Below are positions 19,828 to 29,697 of a stretch of DNA of 64,000 nucleotides, one piece after another (position 1 is the first letter of the stretch; the number at the start of each line of letters is the position of its first letter). Origin of the DNA: Bacteroidales bacterium (GTDB lineage: Bacteria; Bacteroidota; Bacteroidia; Bacteroidales; UBA12077). The notes below the pieces were generated by a model that was not told the origin of the DNA, did not search any database, and was given only the letters and a program-made list of their open reading frames with translations. The position numbers and the translations under genes were made by a program. Where the stretch lies: positions 1-64,000 of the forward strand of contig JANQHR010000097.1 in NCBI GenBank assembly GCA_028282585.1, written 5' to 3'.

Positions 19828-20364
19828 ATGATTGACCTGGGAAACATAATATTAAGAAACTGGCAAGAAAAAGATATTAAAGCCCTCGTTAAAAATGCCA
19901 ACAACAAAGAAATTTGGGATAATCTTCGCGATGAGTTTCCTTACCCTTATACAGAATTGGCTGCCAAACAATGGATTATTATTGCAAATAAAGATAAGCC
20001 ACCAACAAATTTTGCCATTATTTATAAAGGAATTACAGTTGGAGGAATAGGGATAATAATTCAATCAGATATTTTTAGAATTAATGCCGAAATTGGTTAT
20101 TGGGTAGGAAAAAAATACTGGAATAAGGGTATTGCAACAAAAGCATTAAAAGCAATGGTAAATTACTCATTTGAAACTTTTGATATTAACAGGCTATATG
20201 CACATGTTTTTGAATCAAATAATGCTTCAATATCTGTATTAAAAAAGAGTGGGTTTTTAAAAGAAGCCTGTTTAAAAAAATCGGTGGTGAAAAATAACAA
20301 AATTCACGACTGTTATATTTACTCAATATTAAAATCTAAAGGTGATATTTTACCAAAAGCTTAA
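19828..20364 (+). CDS. GNAT (RimJ/RimL-like) acetyltransferase
   Basis: FPYPYT, AEIGYWVG..WNKGIAT, NNASISVLKKSGF. Confidence 0.85.
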   Translation: MIDLGNIILRNWQEKDIKALVKNANNKEIWDNLRDEFPYPYTELAAKQWIIIANKDKPPTNFAIIYKGITVGGIGIIIQSDIFRINAEIGYWVGKKYWNKGIATKALKAMVNYSFETFDINRLYAHVFESNNASISVLKKSGFLKEACLKKSVVKNNKIHDCYIYSILKSKGDILPKA

Positions 20365-20546
20365 TTATATCTCATTGATTATTAATTAAAATTAATGAAT
20401 AATTTTTATGCTCAGAGTGGAATTTGATTTTAAATTCGCGTATATTTGATATGTTATAAGCTGAGTGTTAAGTTAAGTCTGACATTTTCATTCTGTATTT
20501 TTACTCGCCTTAAACAATTATTATTTATTAAACTTTTTTTATTACT

Positions 20547-20837
20547 ATGAACATTTTTATCGCAAACTTGAACTATAAAGTTCCAAGTGAAAAATTGCAA
20601 GAAATTTTTGGAGAATACGGTGAAGTTTCTTCAGCAAAAATTATTTTTGACCGCGAAACCAAACGCTCAAAAGGCTTTGGGTTTGTTGAAATGCCAAATG
20701 ATGATGATGCTCTACGTGCCATTGAAGACTTAAATGGTGTTGAAATAGATGGAAGACAAATTATTGTTAAACAAGCAAACGAACGTGACGAAGGAGGAAA
20801 GCAAAGAACTCAAAGGAGACCAAGAAATAAATATTAG
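20547..20837 (+). CDS. RRM RNA-binding protein
   Basis: RNP2 IFIANL, RNP1 KGFGFVEM; TATATTTG promoter box at 20441-20448. Confidence 0.92.
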   Translation: MNIFIANLNYKVPSEKLQEIFGEYGEVSSAKIIFDRETKRSKGFGFVEMPNDDDALRAIEDLNGVEIDGRQIIVKQANERDEGGKQRTQRRPRNKY

Positions 20838-20875
20838 TTTTTATTACGAAATTTGTTTTACAATATATCTCTTAC

Positions 20876-20904
20876 AGCCCGGAATATAAATTCCGGGTTT
20901 TTTT
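20876..20904 (+). terminator. Intrinsic terminator
   Basis: AGCCCGGAAT-ataa-ATTCCGGGTT followed by a T tract. Confidence 0.8.
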
Positions 20905-20982
20905 AATAATTTAAATTAAGCAACCAATAAAGCTTAAATTACATCAATTTATTGGGCATGAAAAATATTAAATATTGTAACT

Positions 20983-21951
20983 ATGAAAACATTAATGAAA
21001 TTTATAATTATTGTATTAAGCTTAGTTTTAATGTTACATTCCTGCACAGAAGATTGTGAGATAATAGAGGGATATTTTTCTACATCACCCATAAACTTTG
21101 AAAGTATAAATTCGGAATATGATGATTTTAACTCTTCTTACGGATATCTTAATCAGGAGTTTACTTATATTTTTTCATCAAATAGAAATACCCAGGGAGA
21201 AGAATTTGACATAATCAATTTCTACGCGAAATACTACTTTGATCAAACCTCAAATAGAGCATACTTTACAGCATCTAATATGAATAATAACTATTATAAT
21301 GACGCATTCAACAAAATAAATACTTCTTATAACGAATACGGACCACTATCTTTATTCAGTGAAGATTATTTATACGAAATATTCTTTTATGCTTCTGACT
21401 CCAATGATAATTTAGACATAAAATATATAACACAATATGCCTGGGATAGTTCTTGGGGTGATCCTACTCCACTTGATAAATTAAACACAGAATACAACGA
21501 AGCTTATCCAACATTTACCCGATATTTCAATGAAATGTTTTTCTGTTCTGATAAAAATGGAAATTACGATTTATTTTATGTTGAAGTTTCCAGGTCAATT
21601 ATTAACTGGCTTGAAACTGAAGAGCTTCCTGTATGGAATACATTTGAAAATTTAAACAGTTCTTCTAATGACAAGTGCCCTTATATAAATGGAAACTTAA
21701 TGATATTTGTTTCTGACAGAGAAGGAGGTTTTGGAGGTTTTGATCTTTATTATTCAATATATAATAATGGAATATGGTCTGATCCTATAAATTTTGGAGA
21801 AGATATTAATACAGAATATGATGAGTATAGACCAATTAGTATTTACTTAGACAATTATATAAACGATGTGATGTTATTTTCTTCTAATAGGCCTGGGGGA
21901 TTGGGTGGTTTTGATCTTTACTATGTTGGAATACCAAAAATGATGTTATAA
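20983..21951 (+). CDS. Lipoprotein with PD40/WD40-like beta-propeller repeats
   Basis: Lipobox LHSC; repeats FSSNR, FCSDKNGNYDLF, FVSDREGGFGGFDLYY, FSSNRPGGLGGFDLYY. Confidence 0.8.
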   Translation: MKTLMKFIIIVLSLVLMLHSCTEDCEIIEGYFSTSPINFESINSEYDDFNSSYGYLNQEFTYIFSSNRNTQGEEFDIINFYAKYYFDQTSNRAYFTASNMNNNYYNDAFNKINTSYNEYGPLSLFSEDYLYEIFFYASDSNDNLDIKYITQYAWDSSWGDPTPLDKLNTEYNEAYPTFTRYFNEMFFCSDKNGNYDLFYVEVSRSIINWLETEELPVWNTFENLNSSSNDKCPYINGNLMIFVSDREGGFGGFDLYYSIYNNGIWSDPINFGEDINTEYDEYRPISIYLDNYINDVMLFSSNRPGGLGGFDLYYVGIPKMML

Positions 21952-22036
21952 ACTAAAAAGTAAATAAATTTTGAATCTCTGATCGTAATGTTCAGAGATT
22001 TTTTATTTTTATGAAACCATATAATTTTATAATACC

Positions 22037-23116
22037 ATGAGAAAAATAGTCTTAATAATAATTGTAGCAGTTTTATTCTCAGTAAAGTTATTTGCTCAGG
22101 GTAATAAAATTGTTTTAGTTCATCCGACCAAATATAATTTGGAACTTTTTACTAATTTGATTGATAAAAAGATCATAGAAATCAAGGATCTAAATATTCT
22201 TGGTATTTATCACGAAAAAGAAACTTATGATTATAAAAAATCCCATGACTTTTTATCACAAAATAACATAAAAAATATACAGTTATTAGAAATTAACGAA
22301 GATCTTGATCCATCCAAATTGTATCAAGATAATCCTTGCTCTCAGGTTTTTAATGATATTTTTCAGAAGACCAATGGAATTATATTTTTCGGAGGACCAG
22401 ACCTGCCTCCTGCAATTTATGGAGAACAAATGAGCTTATTAACCAGAATGACCGATCCTTACAGGCATTATTTTGAAGCTTCTTTTTTATTTCATCTGCT
22501 TGGAGGCTCGCAAAATAAAAATTACAAACCTCTTTTAGAACGAAATCCAGGTTACACTGTTTACGCCATTTGTTTGGGAATGCAAACAATGAACATTGCA
22601 GCAGGTGGAACAATGATTCAGGATATTCCAAGTGAGGTCTACAATTTAAAATTGGTTGAAAAAGTTTTGGCAGCTGAGAACAACATACAGCACAGAAATT
22701 ACAACAATAACTTAGTTAATGATTCAACTTTGTTCTCTGGAAATTTTCATCAAATAAATATTACAAAACCAAATTCGATCGTTGGTGATTATAAAAGTAA
22801 TCTTATTCCTGTTATTTATAGTAATCACCACCAGGCAATTGAAAATTTAGGAATGAACCTTAAGGTAATTGCAACATCCATGGATGGAGAAATAATTGAA
22901 GCTATAGCCCATAAAAAATACCCTAATGTTTTAGGTATACAATTTCATCCTGAAGGAAAATACTTGTATGATCCGAAAATTCAATACCGCAAAAATCCTA
23001 ATGATGAATTAAAATCTGGAAAACAAATATTAATAGATAGTAATAGTTACAAGTTTCACCTTGAACTTTGGAAGGTATTTACGCAGAAAATAAATTCACC
23101 CAATCATATAAACTAG
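22037..23116 (+). CDS. Peptidase C26/gamma-glutamyl hydrolase family (class I glutamine amidotransferase fold), with signal peptide
   Basis: GGPD, ICLGMQ (Cys), SNHHQAI, QFHPE (His-Glu); N-terminal signal peptide ending LFA-Q. Confidence 0.85.
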   Translation: MRKIVLIIIVAVLFSVKLFAQGNKIVLVHPTKYNLELFTNLIDKKIIEIKDLNILGIYHEKETYDYKKSHDFLSQNNIKNIQLLEINEDLDPSKLYQDNPCSQVFNDIFQKTNGIIFFGGPDLPPAIYGEQMSLLTRMTDPYRHYFEASFLFHLLGGSQNKNYKPLLERNPGYTVYAICLGMQTMNIAAGGTMIQDIPSEVYNLKLVEKVLAAENNIQHRNYNNNLVNDSTLFSGNFHQINITKPNSIVGDYKSNLIPVIYSNHHQAIENLGMNLKVIATSMDGEIIEAIAHKKYPNVLGIQFHPEGKYLYDPKIQYRKNPNDELKSGKQILIDSNSYKFHLELWKVFTQKINSPNHIN

Positions 23117-23234
23117 TATATGAATTCATTTACTGCATTTTAAGAAAGAGATCGTTGAACTTTCTTTGATTTATAGTGTATTTTTAATATTTTTAGTAAC
23201 TGATTTTAGTACTTAAAACCCTAAATTATATCTT

Positions 23235-23588
23235 ATGAAACTTAAAATTTTTATCATTCCGGTTTTAGTGTTAGCATTCGCATGCCAAAATACTCCAAAA
23301 GAAACTGTGCAAGAAGATGAGCCTGTTGCAGAAGAACCCACTCAAAAAGTTTTAGCAAATGTTCAAAAGATTGAATTAAATATTGAAGGAATGACCTGTA
23401 CAGGTTGTGAGAATGCAGTTCAAAAAACTCTTAACGAGTTTGAAGGGGTTTTTGCTTCGAAAGCAGACCACGAAAAGGGTATTGCAACGGTTGAAATAGA
23501 TTCTACAAAAGTTGATATAACTAAAGTTAAAGAAGCCATTATAGAACTAGGCTATACAGCCAAAGAGCATAATGTTTTAACTGAATAA
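23235..23588 (+). CDS. Heavy-metal-associated (CopZ-like) lipoprotein
   Basis: Lipobox LAFAC; GMTCTGC metal-binding motif. Confidence 0.85.
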   Translation: MKLKIFIIPVLVLAFACQNTPKETVQEDEPVAEEPTQKVLANVQKIELNIEGMTCTGCENAVQKTLNEFEGVFASKADHEKGIATVEIDSTKVDITKVKEAIIELGYTAKEHNVLTE

Positions 23589-23621
23589 TTTCTTAAACGA
23601 AATCAATTAAAAATATATCAT

Positions 23622-24008
23622 ATGAAAAATCTTACAACTGTCGGACGAATATTATTCGCACTGCCTTTTGCAGCTTTTGGATTGAACCATTTTATTATGG
23701 TTGATTTCTTTACAGGAATGCTTAATTCTTTTATTCCCGGTACAAGTTTTACAATTATTCTTACTGGAATTGCTTTAATAGCAGCTAGTATAAGTATTAT
23801 GTTTAAAAAGTATATAAAGCTTTCATGTTTGCTTTTAGCGTTGCTTTTGTTCATTTTCATTGCTGCAATTCACATACCACAGCTATTTGATGATGCAACT
23901 CGCACGATGGCTATGTTTGCACTGTTAAAAGATATGGCGCTAATGGGAGGTGCATTAATGATTGCAGGTATTTATCAAAAAGCTGAAAACGAACCAGGAA
24001 TTTTATAA
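23622..24008 (+). CDS. DoxX-family membrane protein
   Basis: GRILFALPF..FGLNHF, four TM helices, LKDMALMGGAL. Confidence 0.8.
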   Translation: MKNLTTVGRILFALPFAAFGLNHFIMVDFFTGMLNSFIPGTSFTIILTGIALIAASISIMFKKYIKLSCLLLALLLFIFIAAIHIPQLFDDATRTMAMFALLKDMALMGGALMIAGIYQKAENEPGIL

Positions 24009-24018
24009 ATTATTTAAA

Positions 24019-24804
24019 ATGAAAAAAATTGCTATTTTATTTTTTACATCCATACTTGTTTCAACATTTAATCTTAATGCCCAGCAAGCTATTAATCCAG
24101 ATATAGTTGAAGTTGGCTGGATTGAGCATTTAGGAGATACAATTCCATTGGATCTGGTTTTTAACAGCGAGGTAAATAAACAAGTAAACTTAAGAGAATT
24201 AATCGATAAACCAACCGTCTTATCATTTGTCTATTTTAACTGCCCCGGAGTTTGCAATCCCCTGCAGGAAGGAATTTCCCGGGTTGCTGAAAAGGTTGAT
24301 ATGGAACTTGGAAAGGATTATCAAATTCTAACAATTAGTTTCGATGTAACTGATACACCTGAAAGAGCTCAAAAGAAAAAGAAAAATTTCATTGATAACA
24401 TTGTTAAAGAAAAAGCTGACCATTGGATTTATTTAACAGGAGAACAAGAAAATATTGATGCAATTACCGAAGCTGTTGGTTTCAGATATATGGAAACAGG
24501 CTTGGATTTTTCGCATCCTTCCGGGATTATTCTTATCAGTCCGGATGGAATGATTACCCGTTATTTATATGGTTTGGATTTTCTGCCTTTTGATTTAAAA
24601 ATGGCAATTATAGAAGCTCAGCAAGGTTTACCAAAACCTACAATCAATAAAGTATTGCAATATTGCTTTAATTATGATCCTCAAGGACAAAGTTATACTT
24701 TGAGCATAACAAGAGTTGCAGGAACAATCATAATGTTTATTGCAGCACTTGTATTTATTGGGTTAATTATTGCAAGAAGAAAGGCAAAAAAAGTAAAAAG
24801 TTGA
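24019..24804 (+). CDS. SCO1/SenC copper chaperone
   Basis: Signal peptide, CPGVC (CxxxC), conserved His in FSHPSG, C-terminal TM helix. Confidence 0.88.
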   Translation: MKKIAILFFTSILVSTFNLNAQQAINPDIVEVGWIEHLGDTIPLDLVFNSEVNKQVNLRELIDKPTVLSFVYFNCPGVCNPLQEGISRVAEKVDMELGKDYQILTISFDVTDTPERAQKKKKNFIDNIVKEKADHWIYLTGEQENIDAITEAVGFRYMETGLDFSHPSGIILISPDGMITRYLYGLDFLPFDLKMAIIEAQQGLPKPTINKVLQYCFNYDPQGQSYTLSITRVAGTIIMFIAALVFIGLIIARRKAKKVKS

Positions 24805-25676
24805 GAAATAACTTGCTAATAAGAATTATTTACTCACTCCCAAAACTTATGCGTTTGGGAGTTTCTTTAGCTGTATCTTTTTCTGCTGTTACAGGATATA
24901 TAGTCGCAACGTCATTTCTTGATTTAAAAATCCTTTACATTTTTTTAGGTGTATTTCTTATGTCTGGTGGAGCATCCGCTTTGAATCAGTTTCAGGAAAG
25001 AAATATAGATGCTGCAATGAACCGGACGAAGAACCGGCCAATACCATCGAAACTTATTGCTTCCGAAATCGGCTTAATAATTTCTATATTTTTAAGTTTG
25101 GTAGGATTTACAGTCCTATATTTCTTGACAGGTCCTGCTCCTTCCATTTTAGGTTTATTAAATATATTGTGGTATAATGGGCTTTATACTCCTTTAAAGA
25201 AAAAGACCGTTTTTGCGGTTGTTCCAGGGTCTCTAACAGGTGTAACTCCATTATTAATTGGATGGAGTGCAGCGGGTGCATACCTATTAAGCCCTCAAAT
25301 TATTTTTATTTCCTTTTTTATTTACATGTGGCAAATTCCACATTTTTGGCTTTTACTTATAAAAAATGGCGAAGATTATAAAAGTGCAGGTCTAAGTACG
25401 TTTCATAGGTTATTTAACGATAGGCAAGTTAAAAGAATTTTATTTACCTGGATAATTTCAACTTCATTAACATCGTTACTGCTTGCTTATTTTGGATTTA
25501 TCCAATCGCAAATATTATTTATAGTTCTCATAATGCTTAATGTGTTTATAAGTATTTCTTTCTACCAAATACTTTTTAAAAACAATAAGCTTATTCAATT
25601 TAAAAAAGCATTTATCGAAATAAATGCTTTCATGATTATAGTACTGGGATTACTTATTATTGACAGTTTGTTTTAA
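24801..25676 (+). CDS. ctaB: Protoheme IX farnesyltransferase (heme O synthase)
   Basis: ALNQFQERNIDAAMNRTKNRPIPS, YTPLKK, WQIPHFW. Confidence 0.9.
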   Translation: MRNNLLIRIIYSLPKLMRLGVSLAVSFSAVTGYIVATSFLDLKILYIFLGVFLMSGGASALNQFQERNIDAAMNRTKNRPIPSKLIASEIGLIISIFLSLVGFTVLYFLTGPAPSILGLLNILWYNGLYTPLKKKTVFAVVPGSLTGVTPLLIGWSAAGAYLLSPQIIFISFFIYMWQIPHFWLLLIKNGEDYKSAGLSTFHRLFNDRQVKRILFTWIISTSLTSLLLAYFGFIQSQILFIVLIMLNVFISISFYQILFKNNKLIQFKKAFIEINAFMIIVLGLLIIDSLF

Positions 25677-25957
25677 TTTAAAAGGCATGTTTTTCTTTAT
25701 CGATCATACAAAGAAAAAAACATGAACCGTCGAGCGGCAGTAAACTAAATCCTAAAAAAGTCATTAAGCGCTTAAGCAGCAAAAACTGCGAGCCACAATT
25801 GTGAGAATAAAGCTAGAATTAGAATTTTGTCGAAATGGCTTGGCCTATTTTGACCAGAAATCTTTATTGCCTTAGAGCAAGGAAAAGGATTATTTTGCAC
25901 AGTTACAAAAGCTTTCAGGATTGTTCCTTTTGTACTATGATAAAAAGAGGTACAGCT

Positions 25958-26899
25958 TTATTCCTTCTTATCCGATAAACTTTGTAAGTAAACAATGATT
26001 TTATCCACTTCTTCTTCACTTAGTTCTCCTTCATAGGACCTCATAAGCCCTTTACTATAACCCACAACAATTTCCTCATCAGGATCGTAAATAGATTTTC
26101 TTATATAATCTGCATCTACTATAAGGGTTTTCTTTTCTCCTCCCGCTTCAACCTCAACTTCATGCCCCCAGATGCCTTTATAACTTGGGCCTACCAGTTT
26201 TGAACCATCCAAAGAGTGACAGGCTATACATCCATTCATCCTCAATATCTGCAAACCTTCAGCTCCTGGAGTGGCAGCAACCTTTGCAACTGCAGTTGTA
26301 TCTATGTACCATTTATCAAACTCCTCCTGCGTTAAAACTTTTACCTCAGTAATCATAAAAGCGTGTTGTAAGCCACAATATTCTGCGCAAAACAGATCAT
26401 ATTCTCCTGTTTTTCTTGGCTCGAACCAGATATTGGTTACTCTTCCTGGAACGATATCTCTTTTAATTCGGTAAGCAGGAATATATAAACTATGCAATAC
26501 ATCAGGAGATGACATTTGCAGTTCAACCGGTCTTCCTTCAGGAACGTACAATGTATCTGTTTTCTTGCCATTTTCATATTCAAATAACCAGGACCACATT
26601 CTTGCTGTAGTTTTAACTTCGATAGCATCATCCGGTGCATCTGACATAGTTGGTATCCATGCCATCCAGCCATAATAAAACATTCCAATTACTAATCCCA
26701 ACGGAATCACTGTCCAGATAATTTCTAGAATTACACTTCCCTCTATAGGTGTTGGTTCCGGATTCTTCTTTTCATGATATTTAAATAAAAAGAGAATAAT
26801 TGTAACTGTGATTGCTATTAAAAAAAAGCTAATAACCGAAAATATAACAATAAACGAGGTATTGATATCTTCTGAAAAATTTGACAAGTTTGAATACAT
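25958..26899 (-). CDS. coxB: Cytochrome c oxidase subunit II with fused C-terminal cytochrome c
   Basis: LEIIWTVIP; CuA ligands DVLH..CAEYCGLQHAFM; heme motif CIACH. Confidence 0.93.
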   Translation of the reverse strand: MYSNLSNFSEDINTSFIVIFSVISFFLIAITVTIILFLFKYHEKKNPEPTPIEGSVILEIIWTVIPLGLVIGMFYYGWMAWIPTMSDAPDDAIEVKTTARMWSWLFEYENGKKTDTLYVPEGRPVELQMSSPDVLHSLYIPAYRIKRDIVPGRVTNIWFEPRKTGEYDLFCAEYCGLQHAFMITEVKVLTQEEFDKWYIDTTAVAKVAATPGAEGLQILRMNGCIACHSLDGSKLVGPSYKGIWGHEVEVEAGGEKKTLIVDADYIRKSIYDPDEEIVVGYSKGLMRSYEGELSEEEVDKIIVYLQSLSDKKE

Positions 26900-26918
26900 T
26901 GCTTCTTATTTAATTCTT

Positions 26919-27200
26919 TTAATATCCGTAATCTAAAAAAGTAATAATTAGTACAATTGTCATAACCACCAGCACACCAACAACCATTAAAGCATACATT
27001 TTTTTATCATATAACAAGTGCATAAATATTGAAAACACCAAAACTGATTTTAATCCCGCAATAGATAGAGCAACAACAATTCCCAAATTTCCAAAATCAA
27101 GTTGAGTTATATAAACTGAAAACAACGTTAATACGATTAGTGCTAAAAGTACCAATCCATACGTTTTAAAACTTACTATTTTATGTTCTGAGTTTTCCAT
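26919..27200 (-). CDS. coxD: Cytochrome c oxidase subunit IV
   Basis: Three TM helices, K..LV..FMHL motif, operon position. Confidence 0.85.
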   Translation of the reverse strand: MENSEHKIVSFKTYGLVLLALIVLTLFSVYITQLDFGNLGIVVALSIAGLKSVLVFSIFMHLLYDKKMYALMVVGVLVVMTIVLIITFLDYGY

Positions 27201-27203
27201 GAT

Positions 27204-27815
27204 TTATGCAATTAAATAGAATAACGGAAATAAAAATATCCATATAATATCAACCAAGTGCCAGTATAAACCAGTGTTTTCTAACTGGACAAACCTATCT
27301 TCATGAATTTTACCTTTATGAACCTTAACCATCATTACAGCAATCAAAACAACACCAATAATTATATGTAAAGCATGCAATCCGGTCATAAAATAATACA
27401 AACCAAAAAACAGGGTTTCTCCATGCCCAAATTGATGCAAGGTTTCTGTACCGGGAAACAATCCATGTTCGATTTTTGCACCCCATTCATAGTATTTATT
27501 AATAAGAAATACAATTGCTAAAACCAAAGTGATGCCTAATAAAACAACTGTCAAATTCTTTTTCTTCATCTGAATAGATGAAATGGACATTGCGATTGTA
27601 GCGCTGCTAACTAATAAAATTATGGTATTAAATGTTCCAATAAAAACATCCAATCCTTCTCCGGCCAATGCAAATGCAGTTTCGTTTTTATAACGCATCA
27701 CTGCATAAACAATAAATAAACCACCGAAAAATAAAAGTTCAGTAAATATAAATAACCACATGCCCAGTTTTGAGCCTTCGTGATCGTAATGGTCGTGTAC
27801 AGAATGTTCAGTCAT
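27204..27815 (-). CDS. coxC: Cytochrome c oxidase subunit III
   Basis: GMWLFIFTE, TGLHALH, YWHLVDIIW. Confidence 0.93.
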   Translation of the reverse strand: MTEHSVHDHYDHEGSKLGMWLFIFTELLFFGGLFIVYAVMRYKNETAFALAGEGLDVFIGTFNTIILLVSSATIAMSISSIQMKKKNLTVVLLGITLVLAIVFLINKYYEWGAKIEHGLFPGTETLHQFGHGETLFFGLYYFMTGLHALHIIIGVVLIAVMMVKVHKGKIHEDRFVQLENTGLYWHLVDIIWIFLFPLFYLIA

Positions 27816-27823
27816 ATTCTGGT

Positions 27824-29401
27824 TTATTTAATTTCTGGTATATCTTCAAAATTTTCCAATGGCGGAGGACTTGGAATTGTCCACTCTAACGATTTTCCTC
27901 CCCAAGGGTTCATTTCTGCCTTTTCTCCTCTTTTTGCTGACTTAAAAAGATTAATTAAAATAACAGTTAGCCCGGCTATCATTATGAATGCGCCAAAAGA
28001 CGAAATGATATTTGTAAAATGAAATTCTGGAACATAATCATAATATCTTCTTGGCATACCTTGAATTCCTAATAAAAACATAGGGAAATATAAAGTCAAG
28101 AATCCCATAAAGAAAATAATCCATCCTGTATTTGCCCATGCTTCATCGTACATTTTTCCAAATATTTTAGGGAACCAGTAATGTATTCCGGCAAAAAATG
28201 CAAAACCCAAACCTCCAAATACAATAAAATGGAAATGTGCAACCACAAATGCTGTGTCATGTAGGTGAACATTTGTTGAAAGTGCACCCAAAACCATACC
28301 TGTTAAACCTCCTATCATAAAAACAAACAAGAATGATACAGCCCAGTACATAGGTGTTCGAAGCATAATCGAACCTTTATACAATGTAGCCAACCAATTG
28401 AATATTTTAATAGCGCTGGGAATAGCAACAATAAACGTTAGGAATGAAAATGCAAATAGTGATGTTTCACTCATTCCTGCCGTAAACATATGGTGCCCCC
28501 ATACGAAATAGCCAACAAAAGCTATCAACATGGTGGATAATACAATTGCATTATACCCAAATATCTTTTTCTTGGCAAATGCAGGAATCACTTCTGAAAT
28601 AACTCCCATTGCAGGCAATATCATAATATAAACTGCTGGGTGTGAGTAAATCCAAAATAAATGCTGGTACAAAATCGGGTCACCGCCTAAAGCCGGGTCA
28701 AAAAATCCAATACTTAATACTTTTTCGGCAACTACCATTAGTAATGTAATACCTACAACAGGTGTTGCCAATAACTGAATCCACGAAGTTCCATATAATG
28801 TCCATGGGAATAAAGGCATCTTCATCCATTTCATACCGGGAGCTCTTAACCTATGCATTGTAACGATAAAGTTTAAACCAGTAAGAATTGATGAAAAACC
28901 TAAAATAAAAGCTCCGATCAATGCAGGTAAAACATTCGATTGTGTTTGAAAGCTATACGGTGCATAAAAAGTCCATCCCGTATCGGGCGAAGCACCATTC
29001 ATAAATTGAGAGGATAAAGCAATTACCGCTCCTAGCATATACAACCACCATGAAAGTAAATTTAATTTAGGATAAAAAACATCTTTTGCTCCAATCAATA
29101 TTGGCAAGAAAAAATTTCCTAAAATAGCAGGAATACCTGGAACAACAACCAAAAATATCATCGTTATGCCATGCAATGTAAACACAGCATTATAAGCTTT
29201 GGCTTCCATGATAGTTTTTCCCGGTGCTATCAATTCAAATTTCATTAATAAACCTAATATAGCAGCTACTACAAAAAATGCCATTATAGCATAGAGGTAC
29301 AATAATCCTATTCGTTTATGGTCAGTTGAAAAAATCCACGCAAAAATCCCTTTGTATTTACCTTTATGCTCGAGGTAGTTCGGAAGGTTTGATTTATCCA
29401 T
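27824..29401 (-). CDS. coxA: Cytochrome c oxidase subunit I, type A2
   Basis: TDHKRIG, TLHG, YSHPAVY (A2 signature), WGHH, AHFH, GMPRR. Confidence 0.96.
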   Translation of the reverse strand: MDKSNLPNYLEHKGKYKGIFAWIFSTDHKRIGLLYLYAIMAFFVVAAILGLLMKFELIAPGKTIMEAKAYNAVFTLHGITMIFLVVVPGIPAILGNFFLPILIGAKDVFYPKLNLLSWWLYMLGAVIALSSQFMNGASPDTGWTFYAPYSFQTQSNVLPALIGAFILGFSSILTGLNFIVTMHRLRAPGMKWMKMPLFPWTLYGTSWIQLLATPVVGITLLMVVAEKVLSIGFFDPALGGDPILYQHLFWIYSHPAVYIMILPAMGVISEVIPAFAKKKIFGYNAIVLSTMLIAFVGYFVWGHHMFTAGMSETSLFAFSFLTFIVAIPSAIKIFNWLATLYKGSIMLRTPMYWAVSFLFVFMIGGLTGMVLGALSTNVHLHDTAFVVAHFHFIVFGGLGFAFFAGIHYWFPKIFGKMYDEAWANTGWIIFFMGFLTLYFPMFLLGIQGMPRRYYDYVPEFHFTNIISSFGAFIMIAGLTVILINLFKSAKRGEKAEMNPWGGKSLEWTIPSPPPLENFEDIPEIK

Positions 29402-29697
29402 CGTTATTTAATTAATTTATTTATTACCCGATTTTGGTGTTAAAAATCGTGTCAAATTACATAAAAATACAAATTATTCAAAGAAAAGCATCATTGCACA
29501 TTCATACTGAACAATTAAGCTAATGTTACCTGCTCTTTATTATATTCATATTCAACAAAAAACAAAACAACATTTTCGGTATCTCAATACCTATTTAAGA
29601 CTTAATCTAAATAAAATTAGAGGATTAATTTTAAAAAAATTGGGGAAATAGATTTTTTATTGCGAAATTGATGCCAAATTTTGCAATAAAACCTAAC

